Notes under the pieces: generated by a model | Told to the model about the DNA's origin: nothing | What the model saw: the letters and a program-made list of their open reading frames with translations, nothing else | The model's database searches: none | Part shown: piece by piece, positions 49,652 through 60,185 of the stretch | Numbering within the stretch: the first letter of the stretch is position 1 | How the letters are laid out: the number at the start of each line of letters is the position of its first letter | Assembly: GCA_036003145.1 (NCBI GenBank) | Contig: DASYSQ010000121.1 | Span: 16,052-80,051 of the forward strand | Length of the DNA: 64,000 nt | From: Pseudolabrys sp. | Lineage (GTDB): Bacteria > Pseudomonadota > Alphaproteobacteria > Rhizobiales > Xanthobacteraceae | Direction: 5' to 3' | Program-made: the position numbers and the translations under genes

Positions 49652-51055
49652 TTATTTGAAATTAAGCGGCGGCATTTCCGGCATCTGAATTTCGATCTTG
49701 ACCTTGGATGGGTCGATCTTGGTCGTTCGATCGATCCAGAATGTAACCGACGCCGGCCATAAAATGACAATCGCGACGAGGATCACCATTGATCCGATCC
49801 AGGGAATGGCGCCCCAATAGATATCCGATGTCTTGATCGATTTTGGCGCGATGCCTCGCAAATAAAACAATGCAAATCCGAAAGGCGGATGCATGAAGCT
49901 CGTTTGAATGTTCGCGCAGATGAGGACACCGAACCAGATGAGATCGATGCCGAGTTTTTCGGCCGCGGGCGTCAGCATCGGAATAATGATGAAGGCTATT
50001 TCGAAAAAATCCAGGAAAAACGCGATCAGGAAAATGAAGGCGTTGGCAAAGATCAAGAAACCGACGGGACCTCCAGGCAATGATGTCAGCAGGTCTTCAA
50101 TCCAGACCTTGCCGCCGACTCCCTGAAATACCAGGCTGAAGACGCGCGCGCCAATCAGGATATAAACCACCATTGCGGTGAGGCGCATGGTCGACGCCAT
50201 CCCCTGATAGAGCAGCGGCCAGGTCAGCGAGCCGTAGAACCACGCCAACGCGATCGCGCCGACCACGCCCATTGCGCCGGCCTCGGTTGGTGTCGCAAGG
50301 CCCATGAAAATTGTGCCCAGCACCAGGAAGATCAGGCCCAGCGAGGGGATCATGCCGCGCATGCATCGCTTCCACAGCTGCCAGCCCTGGAGCGTGCGAG
50401 CCTCCTTCGGAAGTGCAGGCACGTCATCCGGCCAGATGATGCTGACGATCAAAACCCAACCGCAGAACAACATGACCTGGATGATGCTCGGCCCTATCGC
50501 GCCGGCATACATGTCGCCAACCGATCGCCCCATCTGATCGGCCAGGACGACAAGCACGAGCGAGGGCGGAATGAGTTGCGTAATCGTGCCTGATGCCGCG
50601 ATCACGCCCATGGTATGGCGAACCGAGTAGCCGTATTTGAGCATCGGCGTCATGGAGATCACGCCCATGGCGATGACCGACGCTGCTACGGTACCGGTGA
50701 TCGCGCCGAGAATGGCGCCGACGAAAATTACTGCGTACGAGAGACCGCCGCGTACCGGTCCAAAGAGCTGACCGAATGAATCGAGCAGGTCTTCCGCGAG
50801 ACCGCAACGTTCGAGAATGGCGCCCATAAAGGTGAAAAACGGAATAGCCAACAACAGGTCGTTGGAGACGATACCGAACAGTTGATAGGTCAGGTTGCCG
50901 AGAAAGTCGGGGCGGATCAGGCCGAATTCGATGCCCAAGAACCCAAAGAACAGGCCGGTCGCAGCAAGCGAGAACGCCGCCGGATATCCGATGAGCATGA
51001 AGAGAACCATGCCCGCAAACATCAAGGGCGCGAGATTTTCCGCGATCCAATTCAT
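49652..51055 (-). CDS. dctM: TRAP large permease
   Basis: LLAIPFF, SGT..QLIPPS, ATPTEAG and PPFG..LF. Confidence 0.93.
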   Translation of the reverse strand: MNWIAENLAPLMFAGMVLFMLIGYPAAFSLAATGLFFGFLGIEFGLIRPDFLGNLTYQLFGIVSNDLLLAIPFFTFMGAILERCGLAEDLLDSFGQLFGPVRGGLSYAVIFVGAILGAITGTVAASVIAMGVISMTPMLKYGYSVRHTMGVIAASGTITQLIPPSLVLVVLADQMGRSVGDMYAGAIGPSIIQVMLFCGWVLIVSIIWPDDVPALPKEARTLQGWQLWKRCMRGMIPSLGLIFLVLGTIFMGLATPTEAGAMGVVGAIALAWFYGSLTWPLLYQGMASTMRLTAMVVYILIGARVFSLVFQGVGGKVWIEDLLTSLPGGPVGFLIFANAFIFLIAFFLDFFEIAFIIIPMLTPAAEKLGIDLIWFGVLICANIQTSFMHPPFGFALFYLRGIAPKSIKTSDIYWGAIPWIGSMVILVAIVILWPASVTFWIDRTTKIDPSKVKIEIQMPEMPPLNFK

Positions 51056-51594
51056 TGCAGCGGCTTTTCGTACTTGAATTCAGCGTCGATGACGTGTTCA
51101 AGCGCGGCGACGCGTTTGATGATTTCAGAAACGCCCTGAAACGCCATAAGCGTAAACCCGACCGGCAACAGAAGTTTCACCGGCCAGCGGATCAGCCCGC
51201 CCGCATTCGACGAAGCTTCGTTGATGTTCCAAGACTCAACGAACCAGGGCCAGGTGAAGTAGACCAGGATTACGCAAATCGGCAGGAGGAAAAGCACGCC
51301 GCAGATGATGTCTATCCAGATTTGCGTGCGTTCGGATGCAAACATGCCGTAGAAGAGGTCGACGCGCACATGCTCGTTCATCTTGAGCGTGTACGGCGCG
51401 CCGAGCAGGACCATCCCGGCGAACATGTACCACTGGATTTCAAGCCAACCGTTTGAGCTCTCGCTGAAAACATAGCGGCTGGCGGCATTGCCGGCGCTGA
51501 TAACGGCTGCCAGCAAAACCAGCCAGTTAGCGACAACGGCCAATTGTGTATTGAACCAGTCGATCCCACGACTGAGCTTCAGCAGAACGTTCAC
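51052..51594 (-). CDS. dctQ: TRAP small permease
   Basis: Four TMs, E.QWY and HVRVD. GTG start with GAGGG RBS. Confidence 0.9.
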   Translation of the reverse strand: MNVLLKLSRGIDWFNTQLAVVANWLVLLAAVISAGNAASRYVFSESSNGWLEIQWYMFAGMVLLGAPYTLKMNEHVRVDLFYGMFASERTQIWIDIICGVLFLLPICVILVYFTWPWFVESWNINEASSNAGGLIRWPVKLLLPVGFTLMAFQGVSEIIKRVAALEHVIDAEFKYEKPLQ

Positions 51595-51937
51595 ACCCTC
51601 TCCCCACAGAGGCCTGGGAAGTTGACCCGGCCCCAGCACGTGTCCCCCCACGGACCCCGCCACCTTAATCCGATGCCGCTATCTGCCGTCAATGGAGATT
51701 TTGGGGATAGGTCTCGTTATTTAGCCGGATGCTATGCGCTGCCTTCGCAACCGGAGCACGTCCCAAACCGTCTCGGAGGGACGGAAATTGACGCGTCAAT
51801 GAACCCCAAACGCCCGGTTTCACTTGGGCCGGACTTCAAAGCTGCCGCCTGCCGAGGGCGAAAAACCGCTCGATTTCGAGTCCGGCGTTCGCGTGTGGGG
51901 TAAGGTGTGCAAATGCGGCAGTTCAACAATCGCCGAA

Positions 51938-52990
51938 CTAGCCGCCGGTCATGCTCATATGGCGGGGCAGGGCAGGGCCCTGATGCCGTCGATCGATCAG
52001 GAAATCATGCCCCTTGGGTTTGCGCGCAATCGCCTCGTCGATCGCAGCATTCAAGAGGTCATTGTTTGTCGAAGCCCGCAAAGAATTACGGAGATCAGCG
52101 GCGTCGTTCTGGCCAAGGCACATGTAAAGCGTGCCGGTGCAAGTAATGCGTACGCGGTTGCACGATTCACAGAAATTATGAGTGAGCGGGGTAATGAAAC
52201 CCAACCGGCCACCGGTTTCTTTCACGCGCACGTAGCGCGCCGGCCCCCCCGTGCGGTAGTCGATTTCGTCGAGCGTATATCGCTCGGCGACCCCCGCGCG
52301 TACGATCGATAGTGGCAAATATTGATCGAGACGTGATTCATCGACATCACCGAGCGGCATTACTTCGATCACGGTGAGATCCATGCCGCGCCCATGCGCC
52401 CATTCGAGCAGTCTCGTGATCTCATCCTCATTCACACCCTTGAGCGCAACAGTATTAATCTTGATTTGAAGGCCGGCCGCCTGTGCGGCCTTGATGCCAC
52501 CGAGGACCTTGCCGAGATCACCCCAGCGCGTGATTGCTCTGAATTTATCGGGATCAAGCGTATCGAGTGAAACGTTGATGCGGTCGATACCATTGGCCTT
52601 GAGTTCCGAAGCGTATTTTTCCAACTGCGAGCCATTGGTGGTCAGTGTGAGCTCTTTGAGCGCACCGCTTTCGAGATGACGTGAAAGCGAAGACACCAGT
52701 GTCATGATGCCGCGCCGTACTAGGGGTTCGCCGCCGGTGAGGCGCAGCTTCGTTACGCCTTTTGCGACGAATGCGCTGCAGAGCCGGTCGAGTTCCTCGA
52801 GACTCAGGAGATCTGCTTTCGGCAGAAACGTCATGTGCTCCGACATGCAGTAGACACAGCGGAAATCGCATCGGTCGGTCACCGATACGCGCAAATAGGT
52901 GATGGCGCGCTGGAAGGGATCGACCAGCGCGGCCGGCTTTTGCCGACCACGATCGAGTTCGATTGTAGAGCTGCCGTCAGCCAACACCAT
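51938..52990 (-). CDS. moaA: GTP 3',8-cyclase (radical SAM)
   Basis: [31 protein letters not shown]...C and C-terminal GG. Confidence 0.97.
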   Translation of the reverse strand: MVLADGSSTIELDRGRQKPAALVDPFQRAITYLRVSVTDRCDFRCVYCMSEHMTFLPKADLLSLEELDRLCSAFVAKGVTKLRLTGGEPLVRRGIMTLVSSLSRHLESGALKELTLTTNGSQLEKYASELKANGIDRINVSLDTLDPDKFRAITRWGDLGKVLGGIKAAQAAGLQIKINTVALKGVNEDEITRLLEWAHGRGMDLTVIEVMPLGDVDESRLDQYLPLSIVRAGVAERYTLDEIDYRTGGPARYVRVKETGGRLGFITPLTHNFCESCNRVRITCTGTLYMCLGQNDAADLRNSLRASTNNDLLNAAIDEAIARKPKGHDFLIDRRHQGPALPRHMSMTGG

Positions 52991-53074
52991 CTGTCGGTCC
53001 CTGCGCGGCGAACACCTTGGTCCGCCTTACTTCATATAGGAATTCCGGTCGATATTGACTATAGCGCCCAACCC

Positions 53075-53094
53075 GCGCGTGGTCGGCCACGCGC
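53075..53094 (-). terminator. GC hairpin downstream of the lipoprotein gene
   Basis: gcgcgtgg-tcgg-ccacgcgc, with no clear U-tract. Confidence 0.4.
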
Positions 53095-53113
53095 CCGCTC
53101 AACGTAGGGCTGT

Positions 53114-53611
53114 CTAGTTTTGACGTGGGGCCGCACTGGTCGGCCAGGGCGAGGGCGCCTGCGCCGGTCCTGCCGTCATGGGAGCCGGGGCCGCCGCCGC
53201 CGCCGGCTTCGGGCGCGCGGCAGGCTTCTTGGCCGCAGGTTTCTTTGGCGCCGGCTTCTTTGCCACCGAGGGACCTGCAGGTGTGAGTTCAACGACCACG
53301 GGATTGGGACGCAATCTCGGCGGCTCACCGGTGGCCGTGATCGCGTCAAGTCTTTCTGTTTCCGGCTGGTAGCCGTTGAGCGTGAAAGTGACCGAGGAGG
53401 CCGCATCGACCGGTAGCGCAAGCGCGCACGGCGTGCGGCAGGTCTGGCCATTGGATGCCTTCGCTTCGGCACCCGGCGGTTCCGATTCCAGGCTTACCGT
53501 ATCCAGGGAAGGCCCTGGTTTGAGAGCATCGAGATTCATCCAGTCAGAGCTTGATGAACACGCGGCGAGCACAAGTGCGCTGCCGATAACCGCGAGAACT
53601 CGGTACATCAT
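53114..53611 (-). CDS. PEGA-like domain lipoprotein with Pro/Ala/Lys-rich tail
   Basis: Lipobox LAAC, SEPPGAEA...C.TPC, F.L.GY and KKPAA repeats. Confidence 0.8.
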   Translation of the reverse strand: MMYRVLAVIGSALVLAACSSSSDWMNLDALKPGPSLDTVSLESEPPGAEAKASNGQTCRTPCALALPVDAASSVTFTLNGYQPETERLDAITATGEPPRLRPNPVVVELTPAGPSVAKKPAPKKPAAKKPAARPKPAAAAAPAPMTAGPAQAPSPWPTSAAPRQN

Positions 53612-53742
53612 ATTAACCGTCCCACTCGAGCGGCGGCTTGACGCCGCTCACCCCTTATAAGGATACGGGTGTCGTCATGGAGGCGCAACTGACGGCGCCC
53701 AGTTAACCTTACCAGATTAACCGCCATTTCGTACCATACCCG

Positions 53743-54417
53743 TCAAATTGCAAACGAAATGGCGGCGATTGACGCCGGCAACTGGGCAAAATGACTGATG
53801 GTCCGGTCGGGCCCAAATTCGGCAATCGGGCGCTCACTGTAGCCAAAGTCGACCGCAATGACCGGGACACCCGCCGCGCGTGCGGTGCGAATATCGGTAA
53901 TGGAATCTCCAATCATGATGGCGTGTTGCATCGTACCCCCTGCGGCAGCGATGGTTCGCCGCAGAATTTCGGGATCCGGTTTCTGAATGCCGAAGGTGTC
54001 CCGACCGCAGATCGCTGCGAACCGGTCTGCGAGCTTGAACTGATCAAGTAGACGCACCGATAGCCGTTCAAGCTTGTTCGTGCACACTGCAAGCCGATGC
54101 CCATGTGCGCCGAGCGTATCCAGCGCCTCCGTTAACCCGGGAAAAGGTCGTGAACGATCGGCGATGTGGTCCGAATAGTGCCCAATGAAGTCAGTGAACA
54201 TCTGCTCGAGCCTGGCCGGCGCAAGAACATGGCCCTCGGCCTCGATCCCATTGGCTATCATTGCCTTGGCACCGCCGCCGACCAGGTTGCGTGCGGTGCC
54301 GTAAGGCAATGGCGCTAAACCTTCACGCGCGAAAACCACGTTAAGGGTCTCGACGAGGTCCGGCGCGGTATCAATCAGGGTGCCGTCGAGGTCAAAGACA
54401 ATCGTGAGTACAACCAT
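53743..54417 (-). CDS. gph: HAD hydrolase, phosphoglycolate phosphatase
   Basis: FDLDGTL.D, TNK, KPDP and GDS..D. Divergent from rpiA. Confidence 0.88.
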   Translation of the reverse strand: MVVLTIVFDLDGTLIDTAPDLVETLNVVFAREGLAPLPYGTARNLVGGGAKAMIANGIEAEGHVLAPARLEQMFTDFIGHYSDHIADRSRPFPGLTEALDTLGAHGHRLAVCTNKLERLSVRLLDQFKLADRFAAICGRDTFGIQKPDPEILRRTIAAAGGTMQHAIMIGDSITDIRTARAAGVPVIAVDFGYSERPIAEFGPDRTISHFAQLPASIAAISFAI

Positions 54418-54572
54418 GAGGGAGATCGCTAACCGTCGTTCGGCAACGTTGCAAGGGCGATTTACCGGACGCTGGCGGTCCAGCAAAATTCGGCTATTCA
54501 GGAACAACGATCGGAGCTAGACAGACGTAATACCACCACCACCGCCAACCGATGTCGCTTTAGCCTGTACCC

Positions 54573-55283
54573 ATGAACGCCGAAGCCCAGAAACGCGCAG
54601 CTGCCGCTCGTGCTGTTGAATTTGTGCGCCCGGGCATGCGGGTCGGCCTCGGCACTGGATCGACCGCGAAGCATTTCGTAGAGCAAATTGGCGAGCGTGT
54701 TCGCTCAGGCCTGAAGATCATTGCGGTACCGACATCGGAGGCGACGCTATCCGACGCAAAGCGTTGCGGCATTGAGCTCACCACACTGGATCAAACGCCC
54801 GAGCTTGATCTGACGGTGGACGGCGCTGATGAGATCGGGCCTGACCTTTGCCTGATCAAGGGCGGGGGTGGCGCGTTGCTGCGGGAAAAAATCGTTGCGG
54901 CGGCCTCCGCGCGCATGATCGTGATCGCCGATGGCAGCAAAATGGTTACAACACTCGGCCGTTTTCCTCTGCCAATTGAGGTGGTCCCGTTCGGTCTGCC
55001 GGCCACGGAGCGTGCGATTGAGAAGGCCATTGGCGCAATTCAGCAACCCGGTCCACTAACGCTGCGGCGAGGCAAAGACGGCCATCCTTTCGTCACGGAT
55101 AGCGGCCACTGGATTGTCGATGCCGCGCTTGACCGGGTTGACGAGCCCGCCGCGTTGGCGCATGCGCTTTCGGGTGTTCCGGGAGTGGTGGAACACGGTC
55201 TGTTTATTGGCCTGGCGCACATGGCCATTATTGGTGGGCCGGACGGCGTGGAAATCATCGAAGGCCGCGGAATCTCGAGCTAG
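54573..55283 (+). CDS. rpiA: Ribose-5-phosphate isomerase A
   Basis: GLGTGST, DGADE and [12 protein letters not shown]. Confidence 0.97.
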   Translation: MNAEAQKRAAAARAVEFVRPGMRVGLGTGSTAKHFVEQIGERVRSGLKIIAVPTSEATLSDAKRCGIELTTLDQTPELDLTVDGADEIGPDLCLIKGGGGALLREKIVAAASARMIVIADGSKMVTTLGRFPLPIEVVPFGLPATERAIEKAIGAIQQPGPLTLRRGKDGHPFVTDSGHWIVDAALDRVDEPAALAHALSGVPGVVEHGLFIGLAHMAIIGGPDGVEIIEGRGISS

Positions 55284-55296
55284 ATGGAGTTTCAAG

Positions 55297-55809
55297 ATGC
55301 GTGTCGTTCAGTTCATTAAAAGCACGGTCAGGCCGGCGGGTATTGTCATTGTGTTGGTTGCGTTCACTGCTGGCGCCACGGCCCAGCAGACATCAATAGC
55401 GGCCGTGCAGACAGCCAAGGAAATAGTGAGCGTTACCGGTGCCACCGCTCTATTCAATCCCTTGATTCCCGGTGTGATAGAACAAGCAAAGAATCTATTT
55501 CTTCAGCAGAACCCGGGTCTGGGCAAGGATCTCAACGAGATTGCCACCAAATTGCGTGCCGACCTTGCGCCGCGCTTTAGTGAGCTGACCGACGAGGTGG
55601 CAAAGCTCTATGCGGCTCACTTCAGTGACGCGGAGCTCAAGCAAGTGTTGGCGTTCTACAAGTCGCCGATAGGCATGAAATTGATTGCCGAGCAGCCGAA
55701 GGTCGGCGAAGAGAGCCTGAAATTCGCGCAGGACTGGGCAAACAAACTATCCGACCAGGTGATCGCAAATATGCGTGACGAACTGAAAAAGCGGGGTCAC
55801 GCACTTTGA
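55297..55809 (+). CDS. DUF2059 domain exported protein
   Basis: Signal peptide and YA..FS..EL....FY.SP.G.K. rpiA-DUF2059-gor synteny. Confidence 0.87.
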   Translation: MRVVQFIKSTVRPAGIVIVLVAFTAGATAQQTSIAAVQTAKEIVSVTGATALFNPLIPGVIEQAKNLFLQQNPGLGKDLNEIATKLRADLAPRFSELTDEVAKLYAAHFSDAELKQVLAFYKSPIGMKLIAEQPKVGEESLKFAQDWANKLSDQVIANMRDELKKRGHAL

Positions 55810-55864
55810 CAGGCGACTGCCGGCGATCGGTCCGCCGGTCGTGGCATAGCAGTTGGTTCGGCTG

Positions 55865-57247
55865 ATGGCGGATCACGACGTCGATCTTTTCGTTATCGGA
55901 GCTGGTTCCGGTGGCGTACGCGCCGCGCGCATCGCTGCGAGCTATGGTGCTCGCGTGATGATCGCCGAGGAATATCGCGTCGGGGGCACATGCGTTATCC
56001 GCGGCTGCGTGCCAAAAAAGCTCCTGGTCTATGCCTCGCGATTTTCTGACGAATTCGAGGATGCTGCCGGTTATGGCTGGACAGTAGCCGAGCCGACATT
56101 CGATTGGCCGGCGCTGATCGCCAACAAGGATCGCGAGATTGCGCGACTCGAAGCGGCCTATAAGAGCACACTCGAACGCTTCAATGTCAGCCTCGTAGAG
56201 AGCCGCGCCGTGCTCGAAGATGCGCACACCGTGCGTCTGGCGACCGGCGCTCGTGTGCGTGCTGAGACGATTCTGATTTCGACCGGCGCGTGGCCGCATT
56301 TTGGTCCGAAGATTCCCGGCATCGAGTACGCAATCTCTTCAAATGACGCTTTCCATCTTGCCAAGTTTCCAAAGCGAATTGTAATCCAGGGCGGAGGCTA
56401 CATTGCAGTAGAATTTGCCAGTATCTTCGCGGGACTCGGCAGTAAGGTAACCCTGGTATATCGCGGTGAAAATATTCTTCGCGGGTTCGATGATGATGTG
56501 CGCGAGCACTTGCGCAGCGAGATGCGTGGACGCGGCATCACTGTCAATTGCGGGCACATCGTTACGTCAATCGATAAATCAGGTGACGAATTTGTCACGC
56601 AGCTGTCGGACAACAGTACAATCATTGCCGACAACGTCATGTTTGCGATCGGTCGTCGCCCGAATGTGATGAGGCTGGGAATTGAAAGATTGAACGTTAA
56701 GATTCAGGAACACGGCGGCATCGAGGTTGACGAGTACTCACGTACGACGGCACCGAACGTCTACGCCGTTGGCGATGTGACAAACCGAGTCAACCTGACG
56801 CCAGTGGCGATCCGGGAAGGCCACGCATTTGCCGACACGGTCTACGGCGGGAAACCCACGCCGGTAGATCACAGCAATGTGCCGACGGCAGTGTTTTCCG
56901 ATCCCGAAGTCGGCGTCATTGGACTCACCGAGGGTCAAGCGCGCGAGCAGTTACGCAAGGTCGATGTCTACAAGACAACGTTTCGTCCAATGAAGGCGAC
57001 TCTGTCCGGTCGCAACACGCGCTCGTTCATGAAGCTATTGGTCGACGGCATTACTGACCGCGTCGTCGGTTGCCACATCGTCGGTCCCGACGCAGGCGAG
57101 TTGATCCAGGTCGTCGGGATAGCTGTGAAGATGGGTGCAACCAAGGCCGACTTCGATGCCACCATGGCCGTCCATCCGACTGCCGCCGAGGAACTGGTCA
57201 CCATGCGCGAAAAGGCCGTGAGCTACGGTCGCGCGGCAGCGGAATAA
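55865..57247 (+). CDS. gor: Glutathione-disulfide reductase
   Basis: GAGSGG, GGTCVIRGCVPKK, GGGYIAVE and HPTAAEE. Confidence 0.95.
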   Translation: MADHDVDLFVIGAGSGGVRAARIAASYGARVMIAEEYRVGGTCVIRGCVPKKLLVYASRFSDEFEDAAGYGWTVAEPTFDWPALIANKDREIARLEAAYKSTLERFNVSLVESRAVLEDAHTVRLATGARVRAETILISTGAWPHFGPKIPGIEYAISSNDAFHLAKFPKRIVIQGGGYIAVEFASIFAGLGSKVTLVYRGENILRGFDDDVREHLRSEMRGRGITVNCGHIVTSIDKSGDEFVTQLSDNSTIIADNVMFAIGRRPNVMRLGIERLNVKIQEHGGIEVDEYSRTTAPNVYAVGDVTNRVNLTPVAIREGHAFADTVYGGKPTPVDHSNVPTAVFSDPEVGVIGLTEGQAREQLRKVDVYKTTFRPMKATLSGRNTRSFMKLLVDGITDRVVGCHIVGPDAGELIQVVGIAVKMGATKADFDATMAVHPTAAEELVTMREKAVSYGRAAAE

Positions 57248-57334
57248 TGCCTAAATAACCCAATTGGCTGGAATAACTGGCCTGAGCGGGGCGCTGTCGT
57301 GTATAACGCCGGCCAAACGCTGGAGCAGTGCGTA

Positions 57335-58723
57335 ATGGCCGAACGTTGGACGCCCGACAGTTGGCGCAAAAAGCCAATTCAGCAGGTCCCGGATTATCCG
57401 GACCGGCAGGCGTTGGCTGACGTCGAGAAGCAACTTGCCACCTTCCCACCGCTGGTGTTTGCCGGCGAAGCGCGCAGTCTGAAGAGACAATTGGCGCGTG
57501 TTACAAAGGGTGAAGCTTTCCTGCTGCAAGGCGGCGACTGCGCGGAAAGTTTTGCGGAGCATGGCGCCAACAACATCCGCGACTTTTTCAGGATGTTTTT
57601 GCAAATGGCGGTGGTGTTGACCTACGCCGCGGCTTCACCGGTGGTGAAGGTAGGCCGCATTGCTGGCCAGTTCGCAAAGCCTCGTTCCTCGCCAAACGAA
57701 AAGCGCGACGGAAAGGAACTGCCGAGTTACCGTGGCGACATTATCAATGACATCGCTTTCACCGAAGAGGCGCGCCGTGCGGACCCGCGTCGTCAGATCG
57801 AGGCCTATCGGCAGTCGGCTGCAACGCTCAATCTGCTGCGTGCGTTCGCGCAAGGCGGCTACGCCAACCTCGCCAGCGTGCGCCAATGGATGCTCGGCTT
57901 CGTCAAGGATAGCCCACAGTCTCGACGCTATGTCGAATTGTCGGACCGAATTTCCGAGGCGCTTGGCTTCATGCAGGCCTGCGGCCTCGATCTGGAGGGC
58001 CATCCCGAACTGCGCACCACCGAGTTTTATACGAGTCACGAGGCGCTGCTGCTCGGTTTCGAGGAAGCAATGACGCGCGTCGATTCGACGACCGGCGACT
58101 GGTACGCGACATCCGGCCACATGCTATGGATCGGAGATCGCACGCGGCAATACGATCATGCGCATATCGAATACGCGCGCGGGATCAAGAACCCCCTTGG
58201 ACTGAAATGCGGCCCGTCGAGCAAGCCTGACGATTTATTGCGTCTGATCGAGATCCTGAATCCCGACAATGAACCGGGCCGCCTCACGCTGATTGGCCGC
58301 TTTGGTGCCGAAAAGGTTGGTGAGCTTCTTCCGCCACTTGTCCGCGCTGTACAGCGCGAAGGCAGGATGGTGCTGTGGTCGTGTGATCCGATGCACGGCA
58401 ACACAATCAGCTCGGCGAGCGGTTATAAGACCCGGCCGTTCGATCTGATTTTGAAAGAGGTCCGCAACTTCTTCGAGGTTCATCAGGCCGAAGGCACCTA
58501 TGCCGGGGGCGTGCATCTGGAGATGACAGGGCAGAATGTCACGGAGTGCACTGGCGGCGCCCGTGCAATTAGTGAAGCTGATCTCAACGACCGCTATCAC
58601 ACGGTCTGCGATCCGCGGCTCAACGCGGAGCAGGCGATTGATCTCGCCTTCCTGCTGGCAGAATTGCTTAAGAAAGAGCGGTCCGTGCGGACCAAGCCAA
58701 TGCCAGTGGCTGCCGGACTCTGA
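57335..58723 (+). CDS. Class II DAHP synthase
   Basis: [41 protein letters not shown] and CDPRLN. Confidence 0.96.
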   Translation: MAERWTPDSWRKKPIQQVPDYPDRQALADVEKQLATFPPLVFAGEARSLKRQLARVTKGEAFLLQGGDCAESFAEHGANNIRDFFRMFLQMAVVLTYAAASPVVKVGRIAGQFAKPRSSPNEKRDGKELPSYRGDIINDIAFTEEARRADPRRQIEAYRQSAATLNLLRAFAQGGYANLASVRQWMLGFVKDSPQSRRYVELSDRISEALGFMQACGLDLEGHPELRTTEFYTSHEALLLGFEEAMTRVDSTTGDWYATSGHMLWIGDRTRQYDHAHIEYARGIKNPLGLKCGPSSKPDDLLRLIEILNPDNEPGRLTLIGRFGAEKVGELLPPLVRAVQREGRMVLWSCDPMHGNTISSASGYKTRPFDLILKEVRNFFEVHQAEGTYAGGVHLEMTGQNVTECTGGARAISEADLNDRYHTVCDPRLNAEQAIDLAFLLAELLKKERSVRTKPMPVAAGL

Positions 58724-58829
58724 AGCCGGAAGTATTCATTCCGATTTGGTGTTAGTATCGGTGAGGTGGGCTGCGAGCTCGGTGCGGCTTGCCGCTGCAC
58801 AACAAATATGTCCGAGCTGGGGAGGCCTT

Positions 58830-59996
58830 ATGAAACATCGCTGTTGGCGGCCAGCGAAGCTTTGCTTCGCGCTGGCGGTATTACCAATTCTTACGGTCGG
58901 AGCTACAGCGCAGATTGCGGTTTCCGCAAATGACAACAAGGCCGTTCTGGTCAATGGCGCTAATGTGGTGCCGGACACGCCGGCAGCCGACACGGTGAGC
59001 ATCATCGACCTCGGTGCTTCGCCGCCAAAGGTGATCGGCGAAGTCAAGGCACCGGCCAGCGTGGTCGGGCCGCCGCAGAGCGTCGCGATATCGCGCGACG
59101 AAAGCTTTGCGCTGGTGACGGGAGCCTTCAAGGTCGATCCGACTAATGCGAAAAAGGCCGTTCCTGATAACAGGCTTTCGGTGATCGACCTCAAGGCCAG
59201 GCCGCCGGCGGTTATTGCCACACTGGAAGCCGGCCTTGGCGCTGCGGGCGTATCGATCAACAACGCTGGCACACTGGCGCTGGTCGCAAACCGCAGTGAA
59301 GGCACCATTTCGGTTTTCACTGTGGCCGGCAACAAGCTCACGCCGGCTGGCAAGATCGACCTCGGTGATCCGAAGTCGGGCCCCAGCCATGTCGCATTCA
59401 CGCCAGATGGCAAGAGCGCGCTGGTAACTCGCGACGGCGATCATCGAATTTCCATCCTGTCGGTCGACGACAACAAGGTACAAGATAGCAAAGCGTTCAT
59501 GGTGGGTGGCATACGACCCTACAGTCTTGAAATTAGTTCGAAGGGTGATGTCGCCGTGGTCAGCAATCAAGGTGGCGGGCAGGGCGATATCGACACCATC
59601 ACTGTAGTTGACCTCAAGGCAAAGCCGCCACGCGTTGTCGACACGATCAGCGTTGGCCAGACGCCGGAAGGCGTCGGGATGTCCGGTGATGGTGCTTACG
59701 TTGCTGTTACAGTGATGAATGGTTCAAACAGACCTAAAAATCACCCGGCCTTCAACGACTACGGCCTGTTGCAGATCTACTCGATCAAGGGAACCAATCT
59801 CACAAAAGTTGCGCAGGCCAAAGTCGGTCATTGGTGTCAGGGCGCAGCCTTCAGTAGAAATAACAAGACCGTGGTGATCCAGTGCATGGTCGAAAAAAAT
59901 CTGCAGGCCTTCAACTTCGATGGCCGCAATCTCAAGCCAGCAGGCACGGTGCCGCTCAGCGGCGGTGGTGCCGGATTGCGGACGGCGGCGAAGTAG
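58830..59996 (+). CDS. Secreted YncE/YVTN-like beta-propeller protein
   Basis: Signal peptide after the GGAGG RBS and repeated P..V....DG..A.V....D...S..DL blades. Confidence 0.85.
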   Translation: MKHRCWRPAKLCFALAVLPILTVGATAQIAVSANDNKAVLVNGANVVPDTPAADTVSIIDLGASPPKVIGEVKAPASVVGPPQSVAISRDESFALVTGAFKVDPTNAKKAVPDNRLSVIDLKARPPAVIATLEAGLGAAGVSINNAGTLALVANRSEGTISVFTVAGNKLTPAGKIDLGDPKSGPSHVAFTPDGKSALVTRDGDHRISILSVDDNKVQDSKAFMVGGIRPYSLEISSKGDVAVVSNQGGGQGDIDTITVVDLKAKPPRVVDTISVGQTPEGVGMSGDGAYVAVTVMNGSNRPKNHPAFNDYGLLQIYSIKGTNLTKVAQAKVGHWCQGAAFSRNNKTVVIQCMVEKNLQAFNFDGRNLKPAGTVPLSGGGAGLRTAAK

Positions 59997-60185
59997 AGGT
60001 AGTGGTTTTCCGGCGGGGGCTGGATCACTCCAGTGCCCGCCGATGCCTTGTATTTCGAGTTCATAAAGGTAGATGAAATCCCGCAGGGCAGCTACCGTTT
60101 CGGCCGCTTTGATCGTTTTCTCGTGCAAATCAGCGATGCAAGCACCCCATTGCCGGATGGGACGTCAAGGCGGTAGAGCTTGCCT

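Noticed and set aside
51938-52990. Radical SAM enzyme as a maturase for the small peptide
   Set aside because: It is a canonical MoaA with all signature motifs, 51 kb away.
53703-53722. Two TTAACC half-sites upstream of the PEGA lipoprotein
   Set aside because: The spacing does not match TTAA-N7-TTAA, so the evidence is too weak to call a CtrA box.
59997-60180. Coding-like stretch on the minus strand (MHEKTIKAAETVAALRDFIYLYELE…)
   Set aside because: The ORF runs antisense into the beta-propeller gene and has no RBS or recognisable family.
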